Shown piece after piece: positions 30,577 to 41,634 of a stretch of DNA of 64,000 bases (within the stretch, counting starts at the first letter, position 1; the number at the start of each line of letters is the position of its first letter). Source of the stretch: Bacteroidaceae bacterium. GTDB lineage: Bacteria > Bacteroidota > Bacteroidia > Bacteroidales > Bacteroidaceae. The notes beneath the pieces were generated by a model that saw nothing but the letters and a program-made list of their open reading frames with translations, was not told the origin of the DNA and did no database searches. The translations under genes and the position numbers were made by a program. Location of the stretch: assembly GCA_017461605.1 (NCBI GenBank), contig JAFTXN010000001.1, positions 117,371 to 181,370 of the forward strand, read 5' to 3'.

Positions 30577-31917
30577 TTATGCTTCCACCACCTCGCCCTT
30601 GAGTGTTGCAGGTCCGGCTTCGGTGATACGCACTCGCACGGTCTGTCCCGGGCGATGCGTTCCGCGATCGATAATCACCACTTTGTTTTGCTCCGTACGG
30701 CCGAAGAGCTGTTCGCGCGAGCGTTTGGAAGTTCCTTCGAGCAGCACATCATACTCGCGTCCCAAGCATCGTTTTGCTGCCTCCGCACTGAGTTCGTTTT
30801 GCAGCGCGATGAGTTCTTCCAGACGGCGCACCTTCACTTCTTCGGGCACATCGTCGGGCAGGTGCTTGGATGCGTAAGTTCCGGGACGCTCACTATACTT
30901 GAACATAAAGGATGAATCGTATCCACACTCGCGCATCAGCGAGAGCGAGAGGGCATGGTCGTCTTCCGTCTCCGAGCAATAGCCGGCAAAGATGTCGGTG
31001 CTCAATCCGCAATCGGGCACGATGCGACGTATGGCTGCCACGCGGTCAAGATACCACTCGCGCGTGTATTTTCGGTTCATGAGTTTCAGAATGCGGTCCG
31101 AGCCGCTCTGCACCGGCAGGTGGATGTGTCGACAAACGTTGGGCTCGTCGGCAATAACGTGCAGTGTTTCGTCGCTCATGTCCTTGGGATGGCTGGTGGT
31201 GAAACGCACGCGCATGCCCAGTACGGCGCGAGCCACAAGACGCAGCAAGGCGGGGAAAGCCACCTCACAGCCTTCCGGATGTTCGGCATCGGCAGCCGAA
31301 CGCCCCAGGTAGGAGTTGACGTTTTGCCCGAGCAGTGTCACCTCCTTGTATCCACGCGCTTCCAGATCTTTCACCTCCGCCAGGATGCTCTCCACGTCGC
31401 GACTGCGCTCGCGACCTCGGGTGTAGGGAACGATGCAATAGTGGCAGAAATTGTTGCAGCCGCGCATGATGCTCACGAAGCCCGACAGCCGATTGCCGTG
31501 AACGCGCTCGGGCACCACGTCGCGATAGGTTTCGGTGGTCGAGAGTTCGGTGTTGATGGCCTTGTGCCCCAACTCGGCTTGCGCCACCAGGTCGGGCAGT
31601 GACAGATAAGCATCGGGGCCGGCCACAAGGTCGGCATGGTGATCGGTGAGCAGGCGTTCCTTCACTCGCTCTGCCATGCAGCCCAACACACCAATGATGA
31701 AGCGTCGCTTGCGACGCATGGCGTGAAGCGCCTCGAGCCTGTGCACAATCTTCTGTTCGGCATTGTCGCGCACGGAGCAGGTGTTGAGAAACACGGCATC
31801 GGCCTCGTCCACACTTTCGCACGGTTCGTAATCGGCCAGACGCATCACCGATGCCACCACTTCGCTATCGGCCACATTCATCTGGCAGCCGTAAGTTTCG
31901 ATATAGAGTTTCTTCAT
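30577..31917 (-). CDS. miaB: tRNA methylthiotransferase MiaB
   Basis: MKKLYIETYGCQMN, NTCSVR, GCMAE, radical-SAM CNNFCHYC, TRAM domain. Confidence 0.96.
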   Translation of the reverse strand: MKKLYIETYGCQMNVADSEVVASVMRLADYEPCESVDEADAVFLNTCSVRDNAEQKIVHRLEALHAMRRKRRFIIGVLGCMAERVKERLLTDHHADLVAGPDAYLSLPDLVAQAELGHKAINTELSTTETYRDVVPERVHGNRLSGFVSIMRGCNNFCHYCIVPYTRGRERSRDVESILAEVKDLEARGYKEVTLLGQNVNSYLGRSAADAEHPEGCEVAFPALLRLVARAVLGMRVRFTTSHPKDMSDETLHVIADEPNVCRHIHLPVQSGSDRILKLMNRKYTREWYLDRVAAIRRIVPDCGLSTDIFAGYCSETEDDHALSLSLMRECGYDSSFMFKYSERPGTYASKHLPDDVPEEVKVRRLEELIALQNELSAEAAKRCLGREYDVLLEGTSKRSREQLFGRTEQNKVVIIDRGTHRPGQTVRVRITEAGPATLKGEVVEA

Positions 31918-32216
31918 GTGAGCTTTGTGTTTAGGTAAGTTTGCCACACTTTGCCATTTTCGCAGATACCGGCAGAAAGAAGATTCTTCCCACGCAAGTA
32001 CAGCAAAGCGCACTATCAGGAAAGCGCGAAAAGCCTGCCAAAAATCTCTCGGACTTCGACGCGCCATGCGGCTCCCCTTCTTGAGTTTGCAAAGTTACAA
32101 AAAGATTTGCATTCCTACCCCGAAGATGCCCGACCAAAGCCATGGGAAAACGCAAATCGGCTCTCTTTTTTCACCCAAGCCGCACCTACTCTCCTACCCA
32201 TGCGATGCGCGAAAAT

Positions 32217-32273
32217 CTGCAGTGCTTGCAGAATTTTCCGCAAGCACTGCAAAATTTTCTGCAGTGCTTGTAA
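32217..32273. repeat. 21-bp module triplet, type A, orientation R-F-R
   Basis: ctgca-GTGCT-tgcag aatttt ccgca-AGCAC-tgcaa aatttt ctgca-GTGCT-tgtaa. Confidence 0.9.
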
Positions 32274-32312
32274 ATTTTTGCACGTCCAAGGGCCGTTTTT
32301 CGGACAAAGTGT

Positions 32313-32429
32313 CTTGGCTTTTCGCTCGCCTTGCGCTACCTTTCACTATGTGCAAGGTAAACTACGGCTCAGAAGAGAAAGAAAAAACAAGCTTTTTCTT
32401 TGCTCTCCGCTCGCCTTGCGCTACCTTTG
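32313..32429 (+). repeat. Promoter-bearing dispersed element, about 1.4 tandem copies upstream of leuS
   Basis: CGCTCGCCTTGCGCTACCTTT occurs twice, 85 bp apart; the distal copy gives TTTG-N19-TACCTTTG (32399-32429). Confidence 0.85.
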
Positions 32430-32457
32430 TCCCCAAATTGATAAAAAAGAAACATCG

Positions 32458-35298
32458 ATGGAATACAATTTCAAAGAGATAGAGAAAAAATGGCGACAAG
32501 CCTGGGCAGAGCAAGGTACCTACCGCGTGAACGAAGATGCCCAAAAGGAAAAGTTCTATGTGCTCAACATGTTCCCTTATCCCTCGGGAGCAGGCCTGCA
32601 CGTAGGTCATCCGCTCGGTTACATCGCTTCCGATATCTACGCACGCTACAAGCGCTTGCGCGGATACAACGTACTCAACCCCATGGGCTATGATGCCTAC
32701 GGACTGCCGGCAGAGCAATATGCCATACAGACCGGCCAGCATCCTGCCAAAACCACGGAGCAAAACATAGCACGCTATCGCGAGCAGCTCGACAAGATTG
32801 GTTTCTGCTTCGACTGGAGTCGCGAAGTGCGCACTTGCGAACCGAATTACTACCACTGGACACAGTGGGCCTTCCGCCGTATGTTTAATTCGTTCTATTG
32901 CAACTCCTGTCAACAAGCCAAGCCCATCGAGAAATTGGTGGAAGCCTTTGAGAAAAACGGCACTGCCGGACTGGACGTGGCCGGAAGCGAAGAGCTGAGC
33001 TTCACGGCCGACGAGTGGAAAGCCATGAGCGACGTGCAGCAGCAGGAAGTGCTGATGAACTATCGCATTGCCTATCTGGGCGAAACGATGGTGAACTGGT
33101 GTCCGCAGCTGGGCACCGTGCTGGCCAACGACGAGGTGGTGGACGGCGTGAGCGAGCGCGGCGGATATCCCGTGGTGCAGAAGAAGATGAAGCAATGGTG
33201 CTTGCGCGTTTCTGCCTACGCCGCTCGTCTGCTCGAAGGCTTGGAGACCATCGACTGGAGCGACTCTATCAAAGAGACGCAACGCAACTGGATCGGTCGC
33301 TCCGAAGGAACTGAAATGCAGTTCCGCGTGAAGGATAGCGACGTCGAATTTACCATTTTCACCACGCGCGCCGACACCATCTTCGGTGTAACATTCATGG
33401 TGCTCGCTCCCGAGAGCGAACTCGTGGGCAAGCTCACCACAGCCGACTGCAAGGCCGACGTGGATGCCTACCTCGAAGCTACAAAGAAGCGCACCGAGCG
33501 CGAACGCATCGCCGATCGCAAGGTGACAGGCGTATTCACCGGTTCGTATGCCATCAACCCCTTCACAGGCGAAGCCATACCCATCTGGGTGAGCGACTAC
33601 GTGCTGGCCGGATATGGCACCGGTGCTATCATGGCCGTGCCGGCGCACGACTCGCGCGACTACGCCTTTGCCCGACACTTCAACCTGCCCATCGTCCCCC
33701 TGGTGGAGGGAGCTGACGTAAGCGAAGAGAGCTTTGACGCCAAAGAAGGCACCGTGATGAACTCACCCGCTGCCGGCAAGGAGTCGCTCCACGGCTTCTC
33801 GCTCAACGGCCTCAGCATCAACGAAGCCATTGCAGCCACCAAGGAATTTGTCACAAAGCACGGAATGGGTCGCGTCAAGGTGAACTATCGTCTGCGCGAT
33901 GCCATATTCAGTCGCCAGCGTTATTGGGGAGAACCCTTCCCCGTATACTATAAGGACGGAATGCCGCAGATGATTCCCGAGGAGTGCCTGCCCATCGAAC
34001 TGCCTGAGGTCAGCAAGTTCCTGCCTACCGAAACCGGCGAACCCCCATTGGGCAATGCCAACTGCTGGGCTTGGGACACAAAGTCGTGCCAAGTGGTGGA
34101 AAATTCGCGCATCGACAACGTCAGCGTCTTCCCCTTGGAGTTGAGCACCATGCCCGGCTTTGCAGGTTCATCTGCCTACTATCTGCGCTACATGGATCCG
34201 CACAACGGAAATGCGCTATTGTCTGCCGAAGCTGCCGACTACTGGAAGGAAGTTGACCTATACGTCGGCGGATCGGAGCACGCCACCGGACACCTCATCT
34301 ACTCGCGCTTCTGGAATAAGTTCCTCCATGACATAGGTGTGTCGAAGGTAGAAGAACCTTTCCGCAAACTGGTGAACCAAGGCATGATCCAAGGCCGCAG
34401 CAACTTCGTGTATCGTCTGAAAGACACCAACTGCTTCGTGAGCCTCGGCCTTAAGGATAAATATGATGTAACTCCCCTCCACGTCGATGTGAACATCGTG
34501 CAGAACGATGTGCTCGACATCGAGGCTTTCAAGGCCTGGCGCCCCGAATATGCCGATGCCGAGTTCATCCTCGAAAACGACAAGTATATTTGCGGTTGGG
34601 CCATCGAAAAGATGTCGAAATCGATGTACAACGTCGTCAACCCCGACATGATTGTCGAGAAATACGGTGCCGACACGCTGCGCCTCTACGAGATGTTCCT
34701 GGGTCCCATCAATCAGAGCAAGCCTTGGGACAGCAACGGTATCGACGGCTGCGCCAGATTCCTGCGTAAGGCTTGGTTCCTCTTCTTCGACAAGGAGAAC
34801 TTTGCCGTTACCGACGACGAACCGACCAAGGAGAACCTCAAAACGCTGCACAAGCTCATCAAGAAAGTGACAGAGGACATCGAAGAATTCTCCTACAACA
34901 CCAGTATCTCGGCCTTCATGATAGCCGTGGGCGAACTGGCTTCGCAAAAATGCCGCTCGCGTCAGGTGCTGCAGCAACTCGTTGTGCTGCTTGCTCCCTT
35001 CGCTCCCCACATCTGTGAAGAGCTCTGGCACATGTTGGGCAACGACGGCAGCGTTTGCGACGCCCAATGGCCGACGTTCAACGAAGCATTCCTGAAGGAA
35101 GACAACGTGACACTGAGCGTCTCCTTCAATGGCAAAACTCGCTTCACGCTCGACTTCCCCACCACCGCCACCAAGGAAGAAATCGAGGCTGCCACCCTCG
35201 CTTCCGAACAAGCACAGCGCTACCTCGAAGGAATGCAGGTGATGAAAGTCATCGTGGTGCCCGGAAGAATTGTGAACATCGTGCTGAAAAACAAATAA
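32458..35298 (+). CDS. leuS: Leucine--tRNA ligase
   Basis: [46 protein letters not shown]. True start is MEYNF at 32458. Confidence 0.97.
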   Translation: MEYNFKEIEKKWRQAWAEQGTYRVNEDAQKEKFYVLNMFPYPSGAGLHVGHPLGYIASDIYARYKRLRGYNVLNPMGYDAYGLPAEQYAIQTGQHPAKTTEQNIARYREQLDKIGFCFDWSREVRTCEPNYYHWTQWAFRRMFNSFYCNSCQQAKPIEKLVEAFEKNGTAGLDVAGSEELSFTADEWKAMSDVQQQEVLMNYRIAYLGETMVNWCPQLGTVLANDEVVDGVSERGGYPVVQKKMKQWCLRVSAYAARLLEGLETIDWSDSIKETQRNWIGRSEGTEMQFRVKDSDVEFTIFTTRADTIFGVTFMVLAPESELVGKLTTADCKADVDAYLEATKKRTERERIADRKVTGVFTGSYAINPFTGEAIPIWVSDYVLAGYGTGAIMAVPAHDSRDYAFARHFNLPIVPLVEGADVSEESFDAKEGTVMNSPAAGKESLHGFSLNGLSINEAIAATKEFVTKHGMGRVKVNYRLRDAIFSRQRYWGEPFPVYYKDGMPQMIPEECLPIELPEVSKFLPTETGEPPLGNANCWAWDTKSCQVVENSRIDNVSVFPLELSTMPGFAGSSAYYLRYMDPHNGNALLSAEAADYWKEVDLYVGGSEHATGHLIYSRFWNKFLHDIGVSKVEEPFRKLVNQGMIQGRSNFVYRLKDTNCFVSLGLKDKYDVTPLHVDVNIVQNDVLDIEAFKAWRPEYADAEFILENDKYICGWAIEKMSKSMYNVVNPDMIVEKYGADTLRLYEMFLGPINQSKPWDSNGIDGCARFLRKAWFLFFDKENFAVTDDEPTKENLKTLHKLIKKVTEDIEEFSYNTSISAFMIAVGELASQKCRSRQVLQQLVVLLAPFAPHICEELWHMLGNDGSVCDAQWPTFNEAFLKEDNVTLSVSFNGKTRFTLDFPTTATKEEIEAATLASEQAQRYLEGMQVMKVIVVPGRIVNIVLKNK

Positions 35299-35358
35299 GG
35301 ACAAGAGGAACGCCTCCTCCCAACCGAAAAAAATGTGTCAACCTCATAAATTTTCACC

Positions 35359-36303
35359 ATGCAACTATTAAAACGTCAAGCGTTCTTTCAAGAATTTCAC
35401 GACTATGTTCTCATCACGCTCGGTCTGTTGTTCTATTCCATAGGCTTGGTGTGTTTCATCCTGCCCTACAACCTCGTAACCGGAGGCTTGGCGGGTGCAG
35501 GCACAGTGATATACTACGCGAGTGGATTTCCCGTGGAGAACACCGTACTCCTCGTGAACGTGGTGCTACTCTCGGTGGCCGTTAAAGTGCTCGGCTGGCG
35601 ATTTTGTCTGAAGACCATCTACGGAGTTTTCATGTTGTCGTTCCTCATCCGCATGACCACGGAGGTAATGGTGTATGTGGGGCAGATGCATCCGGGAGAG
35701 TTTGTGCTGAATGCCACAAGCCACCTGCCGCAAATTGTCAACAACAACAGTTTCATGTCGTGCATTCTGGGAGCTTCCATCGAGGGTATAGGCATCGGTA
35801 TGGTGTTCCTGAACAACGGTTCCTCGGGAGGTACAGATATCATCGCGGCTATCATAAACAAGTACAAGGACGTTACGCTCGGCCAGACCATGATGCTGGT
35901 TGACATCATCATTATCACGTCGAGCTTCCTCCTGCCCGACGGATCGATGGACCGACTCCTGTATGGCTACTGCACGCTTATCATCACGAACTTGCTGCTC
36001 GACTATGTGGTGGATCGCGGCCGCCAATCTGTACAGTTCCTCATCTTTTCTCAGCGATACGACGAGATTGCCTCTGCCATCAATGAGACACATCGCGGAG
36101 TGACTGTGCTGAACGGCCAAGGCTGGTACACAAAACAGGAACGCAAGGTGTTGGTGGTCCTCGCCAAGAAGAGAGAAAGCACCACCATATTCCGAATTAT
36201 CCAGAACATCGACCCGAATGCCTTCGTCTCACAATCGAAAGTCATCGGTGTGTTCGGCTACGGCTTCGACAAGATCAAAGTAAAGGCCAAGAAGAAAGAA
36301 TAA
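35359..36303 (+). CDS. YitT family membrane protein
   Basis: TGGLAG, GSSGGTDI, RGVTVL.GQGWYT, IDPNAFV. Confidence 0.88.
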   Translation: MQLLKRQAFFQEFHDYVLITLGLLFYSIGLVCFILPYNLVTGGLAGAGTVIYYASGFPVENTVLLVNVVLLSVAVKVLGWRFCLKTIYGVFMLSFLIRMTTEVMVYVGQMHPGEFVLNATSHLPQIVNNNSFMSCILGASIEGIGIGMVFLNNGSSGGTDIIAAIINKYKDVTLGQTMMLVDIIIITSSFLLPDGSMDRLLYGYCTLIITNLLLDYVVDRGRQSVQFLIFSQRYDEIASAINETHRGVTVLNGQGWYTKQERKVLVVLAKKRESTTIFRIIQNIDPNAFVSQSKVIGVFGYGFDKIKVKAKKKE

Positions 36304-36418
36304 GCCGGGAAGCACTCCCCAACATTTCCCTTCCGCTAACCAACAACAAAAATCCCAAGGACAGGCGGCTCAACCCACGATGGAAGCCTCCCTGTCCTTT
36401 TCTTAATCCAACAAACGC

Positions 36419-37003
36419 ATGAAGAAAAGACTCGTCTTCGCCACCAACAATGCTCACAAGCTGTCCGAGATACGCGCCATGCTGGGTGAGAAAATCGAAC
36501 TGCTGAGCCTGGCAGATATCGACTGCCACGACGAAATTCCGGAAACGGCAGACACGCTTGAAGGAAACGCCCTGCAAAAGGCCAGATACATCTACGAACG
36601 CTACGGACTCAGCTGCTTCGCCGACGACACGGGGTTGGAAGTCGAAGCATTGAATGGCGGTCCCGGCGTACACACTGCCCGTTACGCCTACCCCGACCGC
36701 TGCGATCCTGTGGCCAACACACAACGTCTGTTGCGCGAATTAACAAAAAAAAGCAATCGCCGTGCACAATTTCGCACCGCCATTGCGTTAATAGATAATG
36801 GAGAGGAGCATCTCTTCGAGGGAGTGGTGCGCGGATACATCGCCACCGAGGAGCGCGGCACCGATGGTTTCGGCTACGACCCCGTGTTCTCACCCGAGGA
36901 GACAGGACTCACATTTGCCGAACTGGGAGTGGAGACAAAGAACAAGATAAGTCACCGCGCCCGAGCCGTAGCAAAACTCTGCCAACACTTGCTGGGAGAA
37001 TAA
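36419..37003 (+). CDS. rdgB: Non-canonical purine NTP pyrophosphatase (RdgB/HAM1)
   Basis: [29 protein letters not shown]. Confidence 0.95.
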   Translation: MKKRLVFATNNAHKLSEIRAMLGEKIELLSLADIDCHDEIPETADTLEGNALQKARYIYERYGLSCFADDTGLEVEALNGGPGVHTARYAYPDRCDPVANTQRLLRELTKKSNRRAQFRTAIALIDNGEEHLFEGVVRGYIATEERGTDGFGYDPVFSPEETGLTFAELGVETKNKISHRARAVAKLCQHLLGE

Positions 37004-37092
37004 GCCGACGGCATACGAGTTCACACCCACCCCATCATCATCTCATCACACAGAGGCCGGACACACCCGCACCCACCGGCCAAACATCACCC

Positions 37093-39426
37093 ATGCTCAT
37101 GAAACATTTTGTCGCCCTTTTGTTTTTACTATCATCGGTCATCGCACTTCACGCACAGACGATCGACGATTGGGAAATCTTTCACGCCTATCACAAAGCC
37201 ACACACAACGTCCCTGCAGGGCAACGCGTGTATTCGCTCTACGAGGGCAATCTCTTGGTGTGCGATGCCGAGACTTACGAGGTGCAGATGCTCGACAGGA
37301 CCATGGGACTCAGCGATGTGCAGATTGCAGCCATCGCCTATTCGCATGCTGAGGAGAAACTCGTGATTGCCTACAAGAATGGCAACATCGACCTGCTGGA
37401 CGAAGACGGAAACGTTGTCAACATTCCGCAACTCAGGAACAACAATCCGGCCATCGTTATCAATTCGCTGAAAACGAGCGGAAGCAATGCCTACATCGGA
37501 ACGGACAAAGGCATGGCGCATATCGACATCGCCAAAGAGGAACTCCGGTCCTACTACGTGCTGAACACAAATGTGAGCTGCGCAACAGGCTATGAGGGCA
37601 ACCTGTTTGTCGTTACGGACAAAGGGCTTATCACATGTACCTTGGCTGAGAATCCGTTTGACCCCACTGCATGGAAAAACCTCCTGCCACTCCCCGTCCG
37701 CGACCTCGGTGTCTTTGCCGGTTCGCTCTACTACACACTGGGGGCCGGAACCCCTAACGTAAGTTCCGAATGGGGACTTTGGCGGATGACGATGGGAGAA
37801 AACCAACAGTTCGAGCACACGCAAATCACCTGGAAGCCTTACGAAACCATAGAGGCCGGAGTGCGCTATGCTACCTTCACCGGTTCGGGCGAAGTGGCTA
37901 CCGTCACCAACGAGGCACCCGGCACGCTGCTCTACGAGACAAGCCTTCCGCAAGGTTCCCTGTGCATCACACAAGCCGACGGCGGCACGCTGTGGAGCAG
38001 CAACGGCTCAGACGGACTGCAGGCATACACCCTGAAGAACAGCGCGCTCACTCCCACAGGTTCGCCCATTGGGGGGTATGGTCCCCGCCACGACCTTTGC
38101 TACTACATGCAATACGTCGGCAATCGCCTGCTCTTGGCCGGTGGTCGCCTCGACCCCTATGACCGAGTTCACTACGAGCCGATGCTCGCCATCTTCGAGG
38201 ACAACGAGTGGACACACTTCGACGCCGACGAAGCGGTGAAAGCCGGTCATCTGTATCGCGACCTGACCTGCATCATCCAGGACCCCAAGGACGAGAACCA
38301 TCACTTCGCCTCAGCCGGCGGCGGAGGCCTATATGAGTTTCGTAACTTCAAGTTTGTGAAACACTACGGGCCTGACAACAGTACGCTGCACTCGGCTGCC
38401 TCAAACGAAAATCCCAGATACGTACGTACCGACGGCCTCATTTATGATGCCGCAGGCAATCTGTGGATGGTAAACAATGGAGTGGAAAACATCCTGAACG
38501 TGCTGAAGACCGATGCAAAGTGGCAGCAGGTCTACGTGAGTGCCATCGACCGTGCTCCCACTTGCGAGAAAACACTCTTCGACCGCAACGGAACGCTTTG
38601 GGTAGCTTCACGCCGAACCGAGAGCCATCACACGGCCGGACTTCTGCGCTTGGACTACAATGGCACACTCGGCACTTCGGACGATGTGGCGACCTATCGG
38701 ACAAGCATCAGCAACCAAGATGGAGCAACCTACGAGCTGAACGGAGTTTTTGCCATGGTGGAGGACATCGACGGCTGCATCTGGATCGGAACGGGCGCAG
38801 GCCTTTTCGTCATCACCGACCCCGACGGATGGGCCAAGAGCGGCCAAATCACACAAATCAAGGTGCCACGCAACGATGGTACGAACTATGCCGACTATCT
38901 GCTCAGCGGTGTGGCCGTAAGCGCCATCGCGATCGATGGAGGTAACCGAAAGTGGATCGGTACACAGACCAGCGGACTCTATCTCGTCAGCCACGACGGA
39001 ACCGAAGTGTTGGCGCACTACACGACAGCCAACTCGCCACTTCTGTCCGACTGCATCTATTCCATAGCTCCCGATCCCCACTCCGGCCGCATCATGATTG
39101 GTACGGACAAGGGACTGTGTGCCTACCTGAGCGAAGCCTCTGCCGGTGCCGAGAAGCTCGACGGCGACAACATCCGCGTCTACCCCAACCCCGTACGTCC
39201 CGAGCACCAAAGCTATGTCACCATCACCGGTCTGACCACCGGGGCCGACATCAAGATAACCGCAGCCGACGGCCAAGTAGTAGCCGCAGGCACTGCCACC
39301 GGTGGCAGCTACCGATGGGATTTGCGCGGTCTCGACGGACAACGCGTGCCCACCGGAGTCTACTTCGTCATGGCTGCCACAGCCGATGGCAAAAAGGGAG
39401 CCGCAGCACGCATCGTCGTAATCTGA
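37093..39426 (+). CDS. porZ: T9SS PorZ-like beta-propeller protein
   Basis: Signal peptide, propeller repeats, IAYKNGNIDL, AIDGGNRKWIGT, C-terminal VYPNPVRP and TGVYFV. Confidence 0.85.
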   Translation: MLMKHFVALLFLLSSVIALHAQTIDDWEIFHAYHKATHNVPAGQRVYSLYEGNLLVCDAETYEVQMLDRTMGLSDVQIAAIAYSHAEEKLVIAYKNGNIDLLDEDGNVVNIPQLRNNNPAIVINSLKTSGSNAYIGTDKGMAHIDIAKEELRSYYVLNTNVSCATGYEGNLFVVTDKGLITCTLAENPFDPTAWKNLLPLPVRDLGVFAGSLYYTLGAGTPNVSSEWGLWRMTMGENQQFEHTQITWKPYETIEAGVRYATFTGSGEVATVTNEAPGTLLYETSLPQGSLCITQADGGTLWSSNGSDGLQAYTLKNSALTPTGSPIGGYGPRHDLCYYMQYVGNRLLLAGGRLDPYDRVHYEPMLAIFEDNEWTHFDADEAVKAGHLYRDLTCIIQDPKDENHHFASAGGGGLYEFRNFKFVKHYGPDNSTLHSAASNENPRYVRTDGLIYDAAGNLWMVNNGVENILNVLKTDAKWQQVYVSAIDRAPTCEKTLFDRNGTLWVASRRTESHHTAGLLRLDYNGTLGTSDDVATYRTSISNQDGATYELNGVFAMVEDIDGCIWIGTGAGLFVITDPDGWAKSGQITQIKVPRNDGTNYADYLLSGVAVSAIAIDGGNRKWIGTQTSGLYLVSHDGTEVLAHYTTANSPLLSDCIYSIAPDPHSGRIMIGTDKGLCAYLSEASAGAEKLDGDNIRVYPNPVRPEHQSYVTITGLTTGADIKITAADGQVVAAGTATGGSYRWDLRGLDGQRVPTGVYFVMAATADGKKGAAARIVVI

Positions 39427-39473
39427 TTTTCACTTCTCCACAGCCTGACTTCGCACACGGGAAGAGCATTCAT

Positions 39474-39530
39474 CTGCAAGGCGTTTAGAAATTCCTGCAA
39501 GCACTGCACGATTTTCTAAACGCCTTGCAG
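39474..39530. repeat. 21-bp module triplet, X-F-X'
   Basis: ctgca-AGGCG-tttag aaattc ctgca-AGCAC-tgcac gatttt ctaaa-CGCCT-tgcag. Confidence 0.88.
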
Positions 39531-39620
39531 ATTTCTGTCCCAAGCCTTTTGTACGCATCCCATACATCATGGGAGATTTTCCGAGCCACCCATCACTTTT
39601 CTCACGGCTTCCGGCAAAAG

Positions 39621-39677
39621 TGGCAAGGCCTCCCAAAAAAGTGGCACGCCTTGCCACTTTTTTGGCAAAGCCTGCCA
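39621..39677. repeat. 21-bp module triplet, type B (TGGCA/TGCCA arms)
   Basis: tggca-AGGCC-tccca aaaaag tggca-CGCCT-tgcca cttttt tggca-AAGCC-tgcca. Confidence 0.88.
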
Positions 39678-39742
39678 CTTTTCAGAAATCGGCATGAAAA
39701 AGATACACTAATCGGCGGAAGATTTTCTCAAAATCCCAAAAA

Positions 39743-39776
39743 GAAAGCCTCATCCCGATGACGGAATGAGGCTTTC
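39743..39776. terminator. Terminator between porZ and the FKBP operon
   Basis: GAAAGCCTCAT / ATGAGGCTTTC stem. Confidence 0.7.
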
Positions 39777-39806
39777 CTCTGTATATGTTTGCCGTAAGCC
39801 GACAGA

Positions 39807-40676
39807 TTATTTCACCTTGAGCAATTCGATCTTGAAGATCAAGGCCGAATAGGGCGGGATGCGTCCCTGAGCGCCACGCTCGCCGTAAGCAAGCTGCCAG
39901 GGCACGTAGATTTCCCACACCGAGCCTTCGGGCATCATCTTGAGGGCTTCGGTCCATCCCTTGATCACGTCAGTAGGACGGAAAGTAGCAGGCTTGTTAC
40001 GCTTGTATGAGGAGTCGAACACTGTACCATCGATAAGCTTTCCTTCGTAGTGCACTTCCACACTACTGGTGTCGGTAGCCACAGCGCCATTTCCCTCGGT
40101 CAGGATGCGATACTGCAAGCCACTCTCCGTGGTCTTCACGCCATTGAGATGACCATTGGTCTGCATGAACTGCTCGCTCTGCACGCGATAGTTCTCAGCG
40201 ATGTGACGCTCCTGGCGCTTCAGTATGCTGTCCACCTCGGCAGGAGCCAGTGCTGTAGGAGTGCCCAGCAGAGCCTCCGAAACACCGCGCGTAAATTCCT
40301 TCACGTCAGCATAGACTGTGTCCTCCCGACCAGTAGCCATCTGGTTGATGGTCGGAATAAACTTCTCGTTCATGGCAGCAAGCTGAAGGCCGGCCACGTA
40401 GGCAATCATGCGCTGACGATCAGCCTCGTCGAGCTGCGCATTCATGCCACGCACCACATCAGCCACATAAGCAGTATCCACATGAAACTGACGTTGCAGA
40501 TAGGGCATCAACATACGGCCCTGAAGCAAGCCCTGCGCATAGCTGAAAGTATCGCCCGGAACAGCAGGAACAGTGTTGGCTGCCACAGCTTTTACCTTGC
40601 GCTTACGACTGCGTGCATCGACTGACACCACAAACAGAGCAGCGAGAGCAATGATGAGAATGGTTCTAAACTTCAT
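39807..40676 (-). CDS. FKBP-type PPIase, exported
   Basis: Signal peptide; SGLQY, VHYEGKLIDGTVFDSS, VIKGWTEAL, IPPYSALIF. Confidence 0.93.
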   Translation of the reverse strand: MKFRTILIIALAALFVVSVDARSRKRKVKAVAANTVPAVPGDTFSYAQGLLQGRMLMPYLQRQFHVDTAYVADVVRGMNAQLDEADRQRMIAYVAGLQLAAMNEKFIPTINQMATGREDTVYADVKEFTRGVSEALLGTPTALAPAEVDSILKRQERHIAENYRVQSEQFMQTNGHLNGVKTTESGLQYRILTEGNGAVATDTSSVEVHYEGKLIDGTVFDSSYKRNKPATFRPTDVIKGWTEALKMMPEGSVWEIYVPWQLAYGERGAQGRIPPYSALIFKIELLKVK

Positions 40677-40685
40677 AGGAAGTGC

Positions 40686-41579
40686 TTACTTAATTTCAAC
40701 AAGTGTAACCTTGAAAATCAGCGTTGAGAAAGGAGGAATGCCACCTTGGGGCTGACCTTGTTCGCCATAAGCCAAGTTCCAGGGAATGATGATTTCCCAT
40801 TCCGAACCTACGGGCATGTGAGTGAGCGCAGCAGAGAAACCGGGGATAACACGCTTCACGGGGAATGTAGCAACACCGTTCTCCTGGTTGGCAGAAGTGT
40901 CGAAAATTGTATCATTGATGAGACGGCCCTCATACTTCACAACCACAGTGGCAGTGTCGGCGGGTATTTTTCCGGTTCCCTCTTTCAACACTCTATAGAG
41001 CACACCGTTTTGCAGCTTCTTGATATCCTTTTCCTCTGCAAGCTTGACCATATAGTCTTCGTTCGCTTTCTTTTCCTTGCCATAGCGACGCTCCAAGTTA
41101 ATCTTGGTCAGACTATCCATGGCAACCGTCGCGTAATTATAGGCTTCCTGTGCAGTCATGGGCTTACCGTCAACAAGAATTGTAGCAGGCTCTCCCTTCA
41201 CACCGGCAACCACTCCGGCCAAATAGTTCTTGCGACTGAGTTCTTTGGTACTGTCATTACAGAACACTTGACGCTCTATGCCTTGCAGCATCTGCTGGTT
41301 AGATTGCATTCCCATGATTATACCCATGTAGTAAGCCACTTTCTTTTTGTCGTCATCGGCCATAACACCGTCCTTAAAGCCTTTCAAGAATTCGTCGACG
41401 TAGGCAGAATCCACCTGCATCTGCATCATGCTTCCCTTGACGTTTTCAGAAGTTGCGTAACCGATTTCATAACTCAGTGTGTCCACTGTTGACTTCATTT
41501 GTGCGCCGGGCATGCTGTTGTTGCAGGCACTCAGGAGCGCAGTAGCGGCAACGGTGGCCGCCATCATAAATTTCTTCAT
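40686..41579 (-). CDS. FKBP-type PPIase, lipoprotein
   Basis: Lipobox LSAC; YEGRLINDTIFDTS, VIPGF, IPPFSTLIF. Confidence 0.92.
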   Translation of the reverse strand: MKKFMMAATVAATALLSACNNSMPGAQMKSTVDTLSYEIGYATSENVKGSMMQMQVDSAYVDEFLKGFKDGVMADDDKKKVAYYMGIIMGMQSNQQMLQGIERQVFCNDSTKELSRKNYLAGVVAGVKGEPATILVDGKPMTAQEAYNYATVAMDSLTKINLERRYGKEKKANEDYMVKLAEEKDIKKLQNGVLYRVLKEGTGKIPADTATVVVKYEGRLINDTIFDTSANQENGVATFPVKRVIPGFSAALTHMPVGSEWEIIIPWNLAYGEQGQPQGGIPPFSTLIFKVTLVEIK

Positions 41580-41634
41580 ATTGTTATAATTGTTTTAAGT
41601 TATTGTGCTTTGACTTTATCGTTCTGTCGTTGGC

